Part shown: positions 8,677 through 18,034 of the stretch, in pieces
Numbering within the stretch: position 1 is the stretch's first letter
Layout of the letters: the number at the start of each line of letters is the position of its first letter
Origin: an uncultured Candidatus Micrarchaeota archaeon
GTDB lineage: Archaea > Micrarchaeota > Micrarchaeia > Micrarchaeales > Micrarchaeaceae
Direction: 5' to 3'
Length of the DNA stretch: 64,000 nucleotides
NCBI GenBank assembly: GCA_963804175.1
Contig: CAWDPD010000001.1
Location: 62,817 to 126,816, forward strand
Made by a program: the position numbers and the translations under genes
Notes under the pieces: generated by a model
Database searches by the model: none
The model's input: only the letters and a program-made list of their open reading frames with translations
What the model was told of the DNA's origin: nothing

Positions 8677-8984
8677 GATCTAACCTTTTGTACCAGAAGT
8701 TTCTTAACATCTCCTCTTCTGATGAATTTCCTTATCGACTTTCTGAGCGCCGTGTTTGTATCCACACCCGTCCTGTTAGCCAGCGCATTGGTAGTAAACA
8801 TCATATCCCCGATTTCCTCCTCTATTTTAGCTCTCGAGCCCTTTGATAGGGCATCGGCAACCTCCTTTGCCTCCTCCCCTAACTTCTTTGCCATACGTTT
8901 CAACGGCCAGTATCCTCCTGATTTCATTATGTAATCGTCAACTCTTCGTTGATTGCCATTTAATTTTTTTGAAGTTCCTCTCAT
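8673..8984 (-). CDS. MazG-like nucleotide pyrophosphohydrolase domain protein
   Basis: The protein has LGEEAKEVADAL...EEEIGDMMFTTNALANRTGVD (EExxE/D metal-binding helices). Its stop overlaps the L18e start by 4 nt. Confidence 0.6.
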   Translation of the reverse strand: MRGTSKKLNGNQRRVDDYIMKSGGYWPLKRMAKKLGEEAKEVADALSKGSRAKIEEEIGDMMFTTNALANRTGVDTNTALRKSIRKFIRRGDVKKLLVQKVRS

Positions 8985-8997
8985 TGATACACCATTA

Positions 8998-9084
8998 TGC
9001 GGGGGACGAGATTTGAACTCGCGCAGTCTCTAAAGACACAGGAACCTCAATCCTGCGCATTTGGCCAGGCTCTGCCACCCCCGC
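8998..9084 (-). tRNA. tRNA-Leu (anticodon GAG), class II with a long variable arm
   Basis: The minus strand reads GCGGGGGTGGCAGAGCCTGGCCAAATGCGCAGGATTGAGGTTCCTGTGTCTTTAGAGACTGCGCGAGTTCAAATCTCGTCCCCCGCA. The acceptor is GCGGGGG/CCCCCGC, the anticodon arm is CAGGA-TTGAGGT-TCCTG, and the T loop is TTCAAAT. Confidence 0.85.
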
Positions 9085-9086
9085 CT

Positions 9087-9668
9087 TTATATTTTCTTGA
9101 CCTCCTTTTCAGTATCCTTCAACTCCTCTTTAATTGCGCTGAAAGCCTTATTAATAATTTCTTTGGGTGACATCTGGCCAAAAGTCTCAACGTAAAAGTT
9201 GAACGTATTATCATCTGCTTGCTCGTAAGTTACAAGCCCAGGCTGGAATTTCGCGTGCCTTGCGCCGTTTCCTAGTATGGCCTTGCAGTCTATCCTTAGC
9301 TTCTGCTCTGCCGCAAGCTTAATTATGGGAATCTTCTCGTTTGCCACCTTTACCTCCTTGTCCTTGCCCTCAAGGTCGCCGGAATAGACGGTCTTTGGCC
9401 CCTCGGCCTCAAGCGTGAAAAGTATCTCATCCTCTTCCGAATAGCCGCTGGTTGGCGTCTTTATAGGTATGAGCCCTATCCTGTGCGCTATGTACTCATC
9501 GAATATGGCGCTGGAGTTCTCGTAAAAGGTAACGGTGTCTATTGCGAAGCATTTGACGTGGTTTATTGCAACGCGCCTCAACGCGTTTGCGTAGCTGTTT
9601 GTTGCATCCTTCAAGACAAACCTGTACACTTTGTTGTTGTCTTCTAGGCTTTCTATTTTCATTGACAT
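9087..9668 (-). CDS. rpoD: DNA-directed RNA polymerase subunit D (Rpo3)
   Basis: The sequence reads FVLKDATNSYANALRRVAINHVKCFAIDTVTFYENSSAIFDEYIAHRIGLIPIKT. The gene sits at the head of the L18e-L13-S9-rpoN block. Confidence 0.85.
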   Translation of the reverse strand: MSMKIESLEDNNKVYRFVLKDATNSYANALRRVAINHVKCFAIDTVTFYENSSAIFDEYIAHRIGLIPIKTPTSGYSEEDEILFTLEAEGPKTVYSGDLEGKDKEVKVANEKIPIIKLAAEQKLRIDCKAILGNGARHAKFQPGLVTYEQADDNTFNFYVETFGQMSPKEIINKAFSAIKEELKDTEKEVKKI

Positions 9669-9769
9669 TGATTCACTCGATTAAGGAGAAAAACCGCCAA
9701 ATAGGCAGTGCTAAATATGTAACGTTAGAATTATGAATAATTAGGTTTATATATCTTTATGGTGGGAAT

Positions 9770-10384
9770 TTGAGCTTTGAGGAGATAGTTAAAAACGAAA
9801 TAAAAGCGGATCTGAACAAAAGCGAATATGTGCGCAATTTCAAGGGGCGCGTCCATATGTCAAAAAGCAGGATGGACATGTACTCCGGTTCGGTGTACCT
9901 TGGTGTTGGCGATTCCGCAATAATACACTACGCGGACGAGACCGAAACAAGGTACATCGCGGCTACTGGAATGAGCTATGATGCGATAATAAGCCTTTTC
10001 GACGTTAATACAAGGAGCATGATGGTCTGCAGGCTCTTCAGGTACGACAGGACAGTAAAGAACAAGCTTGATAAATTCGTAAAATCCCTCAAGAGGGACA
10101 AACCAAACATCGAGGCAAGGATAATAGGGATGCAGAGCAACCAGGATGGCTTCTCCGGCATGCTGAATGACCTATTGCATTTCTTTATCGCAAACAGGAT
10201 AAAGCTTTTGGAAGTGGACATGTTCGGGAGCAATACAAGGCACGTAGCAATGGACGCAAAACTTGGCACCAGCTACAACATACTGATGGAGGACAGGATA
10301 TACAGGGCAGGAGAGCTCGTAAACAGCATGACGATAGAGAATTTTGAGAACGCGCTAATGAATGGAAACAAGCAGAAGAAATAA
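9770..10384 (+). CDS. Hypothetical protein (204 aa as tracked, TTG start; alternative ATG at 9857)
   Basis: The ORF is long and clean, with a TATA-like TTTATATAT at 9746-9754. No family was recognised with confidence. There is only a weak CheD-like layout (...ARIIGMQSN...LLEVDMFGSNTRHVAMDAKLG...). Confidence 0.4.
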   Translation: MSFEEIVKNEIKADLNKSEYVRNFKGRVHMSKSRMDMYSGSVYLGVGDSAIIHYADETETRYIAATGMSYDAIISLFDVNTRSMMVCRLFRYDRTVKNKLDKFVKSLKRDKPNIEARIIGMQSNQDGFSGMLNDLLHFFIANRIKLLEVDMFGSNTRHVAMDAKLGTSYNILMEDRIYRAGELVNSMTIENFENALMNGNKQKK

Positions 10385-11245
10385 TCAGCCGGCCTTGTTC
10401 AGGTATGCATTTGGTATCATGAAAGTGGAATTGGAAACGTTTGTGCTAAAGTAGGTCGCGGTGAGTGTGGCGGGTGAGCTCGGCACTCCGTTGAGTATCT
10501 CAGTCTGGTTGGCGTATAAAGGCACACCATCCTGCATATCCAGGCAAAGGTTTACAACGCTGTAACTGGACGGGCGGTTCACCTGCGTCAGGTTTGAGAA
10601 TATGAAGTCATCGCAGTTCCTGTTGATTATGCTTCTTGTGCCTGCATATGTAAGGTTTCCCTCGACTACAAAAACCCCAAGTTCGCTTATGTTTGATGCC
10701 GTGAACGGGAATGCGGCAAGGTAGTTCTGTCCGTTGATGCCCCTGCTGCAGTTCAGGCTTGATTGGATGCCCCCGGATGAATTTGTCACAGACTGGTTTA
10801 AGCATGTCAGAGTGATGTTTGAGTCATAATAGTATATGTTTGTTGTGTTTTTTGAGATTAGGGCTCCCGTTTTGGCGTTGGTGTATGAGAGCACATTTTT
10901 GTACAGGGTTTTCCTGTAGCTGCCAAGCACGTATGATTCCGTTGTGCTGCTGCTGTTTACTATCAGCGTCAGGTTCTGTGATTCCGGTATGCTTTTTGTA
11001 TAGTTAGAGGAGTAGACTACCTCCAGTGCACTGATATTCAAGGACTTCTTGAGGTCGCTGAGCATCATAAGCTGCGTCCTGTTGAATGTTGAGTTTGACA
11101 GGTTGTCATTCTTTGACAGGTTGGATACCGCAACCTTTTTTGCATTTAGGTTGAGCAGAAGGTATGCCATTATCAGTATTACAACTATTACCACAGCGAT
11201 TGCTGCATATGCCAGTTTACTCCTATTGGCCGCCTTTTTATTCAT
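10385..11245 (-). CDS. Hypothetical N-terminally anchored extracellular protein, rich in N-glycosylation sequons
   Basis: The N-terminus MNKKAANRSKLAYAAIAVVIVVILIMAYLLL is followed by many N-x-S/T motifs. No family was recognised. Confidence 0.5.
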   Translation of the reverse strand: MNKKAANRSKLAYAAIAVVIVVILIMAYLLLNLNAKKVAVSNLSKNDNLSNSTFNRTQLMMLSDLKKSLNISALEVVYSSNYTKSIPESQNLTLIVNSSSTTESYVLGSYRKTLYKNVLSYTNAKTGALISKNTTNIYYYDSNITLTCLNQSVTNSSGGIQSSLNCSRGINGQNYLAAFPFTASNISELGVFVVEGNLTYAGTRSIINRNCDDFIFSNLTQVNRPSSYSVVNLCLDMQDGVPLYANQTEILNGVPSSPATLTATYFSTNVSNSTFMIPNAYLNKAG

Positions 11246-11314
11246 GGGATCTTATCTATATCCATATTTCAGGTATTTAAATATGCGCCTATTTGGTTAC
11301 ACAATATTCAAGTG

Positions 11315-11878
11315 CTACTCGAGATGCTTTACAAACAAATCCTTATACAGCGGGACGGAATCTGTAAGCACGCTTTCCTTTAGTTTAACTGATTCGCAGA
11401 GGAACCTTCCGAACTCTTTTTTTGAATTCCTGCCTATGAGTTGAATCATTGAATCTGTTTTCTTTATCTCACGGGCTCTTGCTATGGTTATATGGGGATT
11501 ATACTCCCTGCCGTCCATTTTTATTCCAACCTCCTTTATGCCGTTAAAAAGCAGCCTGTTGATGTTTATGATATCATCTTTTCCCTCGCCTATCTCAGCA
11601 AAAAGTACGCTAGGCCTATTTTTGTTGAACGTTCCTATGCCATTTACCGCGATATAGAACTTCCTGCAGTCTAGTTCGTCCAATAATCGTTTGATTTTTT
11701 CAAGCTTTGTCGAATCTATGCTTCCCAGGAAGAAAAGGGTTATGTGGATATTCTCTTTGGAAACCGACCTCAGGCTGTCCTTTGGCAGCTCCTTTAGGAG
11801 CATCTCCATTTTCTCTTTTACGCTCTCGGGCAGGTCGATTGCTATGAAGGCCCTTGTAGGCCTGTTTTTGCCGTCCAT
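11315..11878 (-). CDS. thpR: 2H phosphoesterase: RNA 2',3'-cyclic phosphodiesterase / 2'-5' RNA ligase (LigT/ThpR family)
   Basis: There are two H-x-T motifs at the expected spacing: NIHITLFFLG and NPHITIARA. Confidence 0.8.
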   Translation of the reverse strand: MDGKNRPTRAFIAIDLPESVKEKMEMLLKELPKDSLRSVSKENIHITLFFLGSIDSTKLEKIKRLLDELDCRKFYIAVNGIGTFNKNRPSVLFAEIGEGKDDIININRLLFNGIKEVGIKMDGREYNPHITIARAREIKKTDSMIQLIGRNSKKEFGRFLCESVKLKESVLTDSVPLYKDLFVKHLE

Positions 11879-11882
11879 GCTT

Positions 11883-12647
11883 TCAGCTCAGGGCTGATTT
11901 CAATGTATTAATACTCTGGTTCATTCCCAAAATAGTTGTTTTTGATTTTCCGTATTTCCTGTCATGAAAGGTGCTGTACGGCACATCGGCTATCGATGCC
12001 TTTCTGTTTATAAGTCTCAAGACATCAAGAAGCACCTTATACCCGTTGCCAACGAAGGAATTCCTGTTTTTCCTTATCAAAGACTTGAAAATGTGCGCCC
12101 TTATGCCGAAGAACCCCGACATCATGTCGCTGCACGTTGGCTTACCGCGTATCTTGAATACCACGTAAACGAATGAGCGCATGCACACGGACACGAGCCT
12201 CCTGCCAATGCCCCAGTATTTTACGCTCGTCCTTACGCCTATTACAAGGTCGTTCGCATCAAGGGCCCTGGCTATGTTTCCTACTTTCTCAAATGGGTGC
12301 TGCATGTCTCCGTCCATAACTATTATCTTCTCGGTTTTTGTGATAAGCACAGCCTCAAGCACGCTGGCCGTAAGCCCGTGCACTCTGCTTCTCCTCCTGT
12401 CAAGGAACATTACCTGTTTTGGGCGCCTCCTTGCCAGGCGCACCACATTCTCCTTCGTGCCATCTGTTGAGCCGTCATCCGAGACTATTATTTTTATCCC
12501 GTTGTATTTTCTAATTAGGAGGGAGAGCAGCTTTGGTACATTCTCCGCCTCGTTAAGTGTGGGTATTATCACGGTTAGGTCTGAAAAATCATACACCAGC
12601 AAACACCGAAAACTAATAATTATCAATGGGCAGGCTTTAATATCCAT
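11883..12647 (-). CDS. Family 2 glycosyltransferase (dolichyl-phosphate sugar synthase-like)
   Basis: The motifs are VIIPTLNEAENV...VSDDGSTDGT...VMDGDMQHP (GT-A fold DxD). Confidence 0.8.
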   Translation of the reverse strand: MDIKACPLIIISFRCLLVYDFSDLTVIIPTLNEAENVPKLLSLLIRKYNGIKIIVSDDGSTDGTKENVVRLARRRPKQVMFLDRRRSRVHGLTASVLEAVLITKTEKIIVMDGDMQHPFEKVGNIARALDANDLVIGVRTSVKYWGIGRRLVSVCMRSFVYVVFKIRGKPTCSDMMSGFFGIRAHIFKSLIRKNRNSFVGNGYKVLLDVLRLINRKASIADVPYSTFHDRKYGKSKTTILGMNQSINTLKSALS

Positions 12648-12696
12648 AAGCGATAATATGAATTAATGGCGCAGGCTGCCTTTTGATGGTAAATAA

Positions 12697-13350
12697 ATGG
12701 GTGCCAAAAGCTCGAAGGTAATAATAGACAACAGGGAGCGCAATGCCGAGCTCATAGGCGCGATAGAGGCAAACGGCACGGAGATGGAATTCAGGACGGT
12801 CCATGTCGGCGACTATGTTGTTTCGGATAGGGTTTGCATCGAGCGCAAGACCATAAACGACTTTGAGAATTCTATAATAAATGGAAGGCTGTTCGACCAG
12901 GTAAGAAGATTGAAGGAGAACTACGAGTTCCCAATACTAATACTTGAGGGAGATGCGGATTATTTCAGGCTGAAGAACAGCGTGATAAACGGAGCTATAG
13001 CCTCCCTTTACATCGACTACGGGATAAACGTGATATGCACATATGACGTGCAGAACACCGCTGATGTAATATCAAGCATAGCAAGGCACGAGCAGGATGA
13101 CGGCACAAGGGAGCCATCGCTCAAGGGCGGCGCAAGGGCTTACACCCACGAGCAGTTCCAGGAATACGTAATGGGCAACCTTCCAGGGATAGGCCCAAAG
13201 CTTGCAAAGGCCCTGCTAAGGCATTTCAAAAGCATAAGAAGCATAGCAAATGCGGATGAGAAGGAGCTCATGCAGGTTGAAAAGATCGGCAGGAAGAAGG
13301 CAAAAATGATAAGCAACACGCTCAATGGTGAATACCACGAGCAAGGCTGA
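12697..13350 (+). CDS. ERCC4-type nuclease (short XPF/Hef-like) with a C-terminal (HhH)2
   Basis: The motifs are VGDYVVSDRVCIERKTINDFENSIINGRLFDQ (GDxn-ERK motif) and LPGIGPKLAKALLRHF...VEKIGRKKAKMI. Confidence 0.8.
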   Translation: MGAKSSKVIIDNRERNAELIGAIEANGTEMEFRTVHVGDYVVSDRVCIERKTINDFENSIINGRLFDQVRRLKENYEFPILILEGDADYFRLKNSVINGAIASLYIDYGINVICTYDVQNTADVISSIARHEQDDGTREPSLKGGARAYTHEQFQEYVMGNLPGIGPKLAKALLRHFKSIRSIANADEKELMQVEKIGRKKAKMISNTLNGEYHEQG

Positions 13351-13704
13351 TTATGTTTTTCTTGACTTAGAACCTGATCTTCTCCTTTGTCTGCGGCTGT
13401 AGTTCGCTCCGCTTGCTATGCCGGCAATACCTATTATCGCAATAGCAGCGCTTACCATGCCAGTCTTCTCAGGCGTTCTCACATTCTGGGCTGTGCCTAT
13501 GTTTATCACTATCTGCGGCGATGTCGCGTTTGAGGAGCCGGGAAGGCGGAATTGCGGTTGGTTTGTGGTGTTTATGTTGTTGGCCGCGGCAGAATTTACC
13601 AAGGCGCTGCCTGCAATGGCTGCAGCGCCGGTAAAGGCCAGCAAAGCAACAATTACAACTAGCACAAGCCTTCCAGCATGCTCTGGAATATCTCTTCTGG
13701 TCAT
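13351..13704 (-). CDS. Hypothetical small protein with N- and C-terminal TM segments and a poly-basic tail
   Basis: This is a 117-aa ORF with the C-terminus GMVSAAIAIIGIAGIASGANYSRRQRRRSGSKSRKT. Confidence 0.4.
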   Translation of the reverse strand: MTRRDIPEHAGRLVLVVIVALLAFTGAAAIAGSALVNSAAANNINTTNQPQFRLPGSSNATSPQIVINIGTAQNVRTPEKTGMVSAAIAIIGIAGIASGANYSRRQRRRSGSKSRKT

Positions 13705-13953
13705 CCTCTCGTTTACTACGCATCATGTCAGGTATTTATATGTATCCTAATTTTGTGTATTAGCGGAGCATAGGCTGAGAAAAAGCGGATTTCTAAAACA
13801 ATCATGCAAACATATGAAAGGTGCAATGGTAATCTCCTGCAGCTAAAATCAGGTTTAACAACAAAATGGATTTAAACTGCAAAGCCCGTAGTAATTTAAA
13901 TATGTGCTTCAATAAATTAAACTGATCTAATCTTCATCTTATTTGATGGTAGA

Positions 13954-16278
13954 ATGGCGGAAGAGACAAAGATTCCTGAAAAAAGCGAGGATGTGGGGGT
14001 GCAGAAACCTGTGCAGGCGCATGATGCTCAGCAGAAGCAGCACCATAATGCCACGAACAAACATCCAAGGGAATTCTCAATACTTAACTACAGGAATGAG
14101 ATATTCGCATTCATACTCTTCCTGGGAGTTTCTCTGGTCATGTTTTATCCTATAGTACTGCATATGACTACGGTTGCGCCAGGAACAGGTGCGGATACCT
14201 ATCAAAACCTTTGGGACATATGGTGGGTCAAGTACGCGCTGCTGAACATGCATACGGTAAACGTGTTTTACACAAAGATAATCTTCTGGCCGATAGGGAC
14301 AAACCTAATATATGGAACGCTGCCCCCGCTTCTCGGGCTTTTGTCAATACCCTTCCAGGCATTTGGCACTGTATTCGCATATAATGTAATGTTCCTGCTG
14401 GGGTTTGCACTTTCAGGGCTTACAATGTACATACTTGCGAATTATCTCACCAAAAACCACTATGCGGCGCTGATATCAGGTTTTGTATTCACCTTCAGCG
14501 CCTTCCATATCGCGCAGGCATACTCGCACATACATTTCACAAACATAGAATGGGTTCCTTTGTTCATATACTTCTTCCTTAGGCTGGTATATGAGGACAG
14601 GAAATGGACAAACGTAATAGGCATGTCAGCCTCATTCGCCCTTACGACCCTGATGGGCAACATAGAGGAGACAATAATGCTCTTCTTTGCGCTTATTTTC
14701 CTAATTGCAGTATACATCTTTTACAAGGAAACAAGGAAAAAGGTCCTGAGCGTCAACTTCCTTGTTTCAATTTTAGCATTCATTCTGTTGGCGTTTGTGA
14801 TAGGGGCATGGAATTTCGTGCCGCTGATCAGCTCCGTTGTAGGTTCTGGGGGGGGATTGAGTACCGTCAACTTCGGCAACAACATGGCTTCGAATATCCA
14901 ATGGAGCGTCAGTCCCCTAGGATTCTTCGTGCCAAGCTACTCCAACGGGATAGTCTATTTCGGGGGACTGCCATCAGGAATATATAACGCCGTGTACGCG
15001 CCTGATCCTGTAGAGAAAGTTGGCTACATAGGGTTTACAGTCCTGGCCCTGATTCTATTTGCCGTCTACAAGAACTGGAAAAAGATGCTTCCATGGATCA
15101 TAGGCGCAGTAATATTCGCATGGCTGGCGCTGGGGCCACTTTTCGGATTATACTACTTATACCATTCAATCCCTGGAATAAACGTAATCAGGGAACCGGG
15201 CAGGTTCGACCTTGTCGCGACACTCTTCATTGCAATCCTGGCAGCGTACGGCGCAAAATCACTCTTCGAGCATTTTGAAAAGCAAAAGGGGCACAGGACA
15301 GCTGGCTATACCGCGCAGCTGTTGCTTGTAGTGCTGCTGGTGCTGATGTTCGTGGAGAGCAACGGATTAGCTATAGGGAAATCTGTAGCTGCAACTACAA
15401 ACATCCAAATACCAAAATTATATTACCAATTGTCAAATCTTACCGGCAACTTCTCTGTGCTAGGGCTTCCAGCGCTGCCCGTAGGCCTGAATAGCACATA
15501 TCTCTATCCTGGAGAGGACACATTTTATACATCGATATCCCACAAGCCGCTGGTTGGCGGCTATTCCGGAAGGCCAAATCTATCTACCACATTGCTGCTC
15601 TACAACATCCCGTTGGCTGTACAGACATCGTATCTTATAGCAAATGGAACCGGCATATATCCATCACCAGTTAAGGAGAATTACTCAAACGAGACCCTGC
15701 TTACCCTTTTCAACTACAACACTGAATTTGTAATACTCCACAAGGATGCATTTACCCAGCAGCAGCTCGGGAGCATAGGCTCCTACCTTGTCAGCCTATT
15801 TGGCAACCCTGTATACAATGACAACACAACGGCAGCGTTTGAGACGCTGAGGGCGATCAACAGCTCGCTCTTCAAAAGCTTTGTCTCATACCCGTTGCTG
15901 GAATACTGGTCGTCAACGAGCGTTTTCCTGAACGGAGGATACCAGACATTCTGGATACCGACGTTCCCTGGAAGCGTTGCGGTGTATGCGCCTTACCAGA
16001 ACCGAAGTTCCAGCAGCATCAGCCCCTACAGCGTGTCTTACACCAATACGACAATAAGCTTTGTTGCCTTCTCAAATCTACCACAGAAACTTTACATAGA
16101 GGAGCCCTCTACAGGAAACAGGACAAAGGTAGCCGCAGAATTTAATGTAACAACAAGCCCTGAAAGGTATTCCGCAAACACATTGCTCATATCTGGGCCT
16201 GAGGGGAACATACTTTATTTTGTATACCTGGACAACAGCTCGCCCGTACTGATTAACAATATAACCTTCTCCAGATGA
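13954..16278 (+). CDS. Large polytopic membrane protein (774 aa) with a big extracellular C-terminal domain; possible GT-C-type glycosyltransferase
   Basis: The N-terminal half has at least 10 TM helices (YQNLWDIWWVKYALLNMH...), and the C-terminal half is rich in N-x-S/T. A GT2 gene follows immediately. The functional guess rests on context only. Confidence 0.5.
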   Translation: MAEETKIPEKSEDVGVQKPVQAHDAQQKQHHNATNKHPREFSILNYRNEIFAFILFLGVSLVMFYPIVLHMTTVAPGTGADTYQNLWDIWWVKYALLNMHTVNVFYTKIIFWPIGTNLIYGTLPPLLGLLSIPFQAFGTVFAYNVMFLLGFALSGLTMYILANYLTKNHYAALISGFVFTFSAFHIAQAYSHIHFTNIEWVPLFIYFFLRLVYEDRKWTNVIGMSASFALTTLMGNIEETIMLFFALIFLIAVYIFYKETRKKVLSVNFLVSILAFILLAFVIGAWNFVPLISSVVGSGGGLSTVNFGNNMASNIQWSVSPLGFFVPSYSNGIVYFGGLPSGIYNAVYAPDPVEKVGYIGFTVLALILFAVYKNWKKMLPWIIGAVIFAWLALGPLFGLYYLYHSIPGINVIREPGRFDLVATLFIAILAAYGAKSLFEHFEKQKGHRTAGYTAQLLLVVLLVLMFVESNGLAIGKSVAATTNIQIPKLYYQLSNLTGNFSVLGLPALPVGLNSTYLYPGEDTFYTSISHKPLVGGYSGRPNLSTTLLLYNIPLAVQTSYLIANGTGIYPSPVKENYSNETLLTLFNYNTEFVILHKDAFTQQQLGSIGSYLVSLFGNPVYNDNTTAAFETLRAINSSLFKSFVSYPLLEYWSSTSVFLNGGYQTFWIPTFPGSVAVYAPYQNRSSSSISPYSVSYTNTTISFVAFSNLPQKLYIEEPSTGNRTKVAAEFNVTTSPERYSANTLLISGPEGNILYFVYLDNSSPVLINNITFSR

Positions 16279-16297
16279 GAGGATGCTGTGATAGCCA

Positions 16298-16990
16298 ATG
16301 CACAAAAACGAAAAGGTTAATGTGGTAATGCCGGTATACAACGAGGAAAAGACCCTGTCGGAGATAATAGACAGGGTCCTTGCGCAGAGGATGGTTGATA
16401 GGCTCATAATAGTGGACGACCACTCAAAGGACATAAGCCTGAAAATCATAAAGGATGCAGCCAGGCGGGACAAAAGGGTTACCTGCATATCAAACAGCAG
16501 CAACACGGGAAAGGGCTATTCAGTAAGAAGGGGGATATCCGCGGTAAGGAGCGGAATCATAATAATACAGGATGCGGACCTGGAGTATTACCCCGAGGAG
16601 TACGGGAAGCTGTTTCGTGAAATCAAGAGCGACACATTTGTGATGGGCACCAGGACGCGGCGCAGGCAGAGGGCGGGCCACGAGTACTTCCTGGCAAAGC
16701 TTGCGAATTCAGTTTTTACTGCAACCTTCAACATACTTTACGGCAGAAACCTCACTGACATAAACACCTGCTACAAGGTATTCAAAAAGGATATGCTGAA
16801 GGGGGTGGAGTTGAAGACGGACGGCTTTCTTATAGATATGGAGATACTTGTTAATCTTGTAAAGAAGGGATACAAGGCAAAGGAAGTGGACATAAGGTAC
16901 AGCGGCAGAACCTATGAGGAAGGCAAGAAGATAACAGCAGTGGATGCGATAGACCAGGGATTTTTCATTGTCGCGCAGAGATTCAAATAG
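16298..16990 (+). CDS. Family 2 glycosyltransferase
   Basis: The motifs are VVMPVYNEEKTL...IVDDHSKD...IQDADLEY. Confidence 0.8.
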   Translation: MHKNEKVNVVMPVYNEEKTLSEIIDRVLAQRMVDRLIIVDDHSKDISLKIIKDAARRDKRVTCISNSSNTGKGYSVRRGISAVRSGIIIIQDADLEYYPEEYGKLFREIKSDTFVMGTRTRRRQRAGHEYFLAKLANSVFTATFNILYGRNLTDINTCYKVFKKDMLKGVELKTDGFLIDMEILVNLVKKGYKAKEVDIRYSGRTYEEGKKITAVDAIDQGFFIVAQRFK

Positions 16991-17019
16991 AATCAGATCA
17001 TGGATTTCTTTTTTTCAGC

Positions 17020-17584
17020 TTAGTGGAACACTTTTCCTTCTTCAAGCATTTTGATAATCTTATCAATTTTTTCCGTTCTCTTCTTCTTGTCCCTTGTGTT
17101 GTGGAGCCTAAAGATTATAGCATAGGTATTAACTCTGTTTAGCGTCTTCAGAAACGCTTTTGCCTTCTTATTCCTGTTTACTTTATTCAAGAAGTCCGCG
17201 GGCAATGTGGCGGTTCTTTGTGGAGGATACGCTGCATTCCACCTGCCGTCTTTCTTTGCTTCCTCTATCTCTTTCATTCCGCTGGACTTCATTTTCCCCT
17301 CATTGATTAGTCTCTTGGCATGGCTTTTATTTATCTCCGACCATAAGCTCTTCTTTCTTCTTGGACAGACCCACCATAATACAGACTTTTCATCGCCGCG
17401 CCTGTGCTTGCCCGGTTATCCAACCATAGCAAAGCAACGGGTCGAGTACTTCTGTGCTTTTTAATGCATTCATCCCAAAGCCCTTCTTGTAAATGCGCAG
17501 CCATATTCCATTAGAACTGGTGTGGTTTTTGCTAAGCCAGGACTCCCAGCCTTTAGCGGACTTGAATGTACGTACTTCTTCCAT
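17020..17584 (-). pseudogene. YdeI/OmpD-associated family (DUF1801-like) gene, split by one apparent +1 frame break near 17390-17405
   Basis: The N-terminal ORF 17390..17584 (...GIWLRIYKKGFG...LLCYGWITGQAQARR*) continues only in the +1 frame. That frame reads RGDEKSVLWWVCPRRKKSLWSEINKSHAKRLINEGKMKSSGMKEIEEAKKDGRWNAAY... and includes ORF 17020..17292. Confidence 0.55.
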
Positions 17585-17660
17585 GTAACTCTAGCACCTA
17601 TTGATCTGTTTGTATCACTTAATCTACCGGCCTCTCCTATTCATGCTCCTCTTAATGATC

Positions 17661-17852
17661 TTACCATTTAAGCTTGTATTTTGGAACCCAATACGCAAAG
17701 TTTATCGCTATAACCAATATTTCCATAATACTTATTACAAGGATTAGACCTAATGACAGATCAAACCAATAAAATCTTGCAAAGATTACCAAATTAGTGA
17801 TAAGCAATATTAAGGAAACTACTATCAACATTCTTTTTGGGAAGCTAATCAC
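17661..17852 (-). CDS. Hypothetical small membrane protein (63 aa)
   Basis: There are two hydrophobic helices. The call rests on the ORF alone. Confidence 0.3.
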   Translation of the reverse strand: MISFPKRMLIVVSLILLITNLVIFARFYWFDLSLGLILVISIMEILVIAINFAYWVPKYKLKW

Positions 17853-17957
17853 AACATCGCCATTTATACTCGCATCGCAGTTATTTTATACGTTCCTGCA
17901 ATTCTGCTTTCAGTTTTGTGCATTCGAACTTATTGTCTGTCGTCGTATTTTCCTGAG

Positions 17958-18029
17958 TGGGCCCGAGGAGAATCGAACTCCTTGTCTTCACGTTGTCAAC
18001 GTGACGTCTTACCAATCGACTACGAGCCC
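17958..18029 (-). tRNA. tRNA-Val (anticodon GAC)
   Basis: The minus strand reads GGGCTCGTAGTCGATTGGTAAGACGTCACGTTGACAACGTGAAGACAAGGAGTTCGATTCTCCTCGGGCCCA and folds into a full cloverleaf. Confidence 0.9.
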
Positions 18030-18034
18030 TTTAA

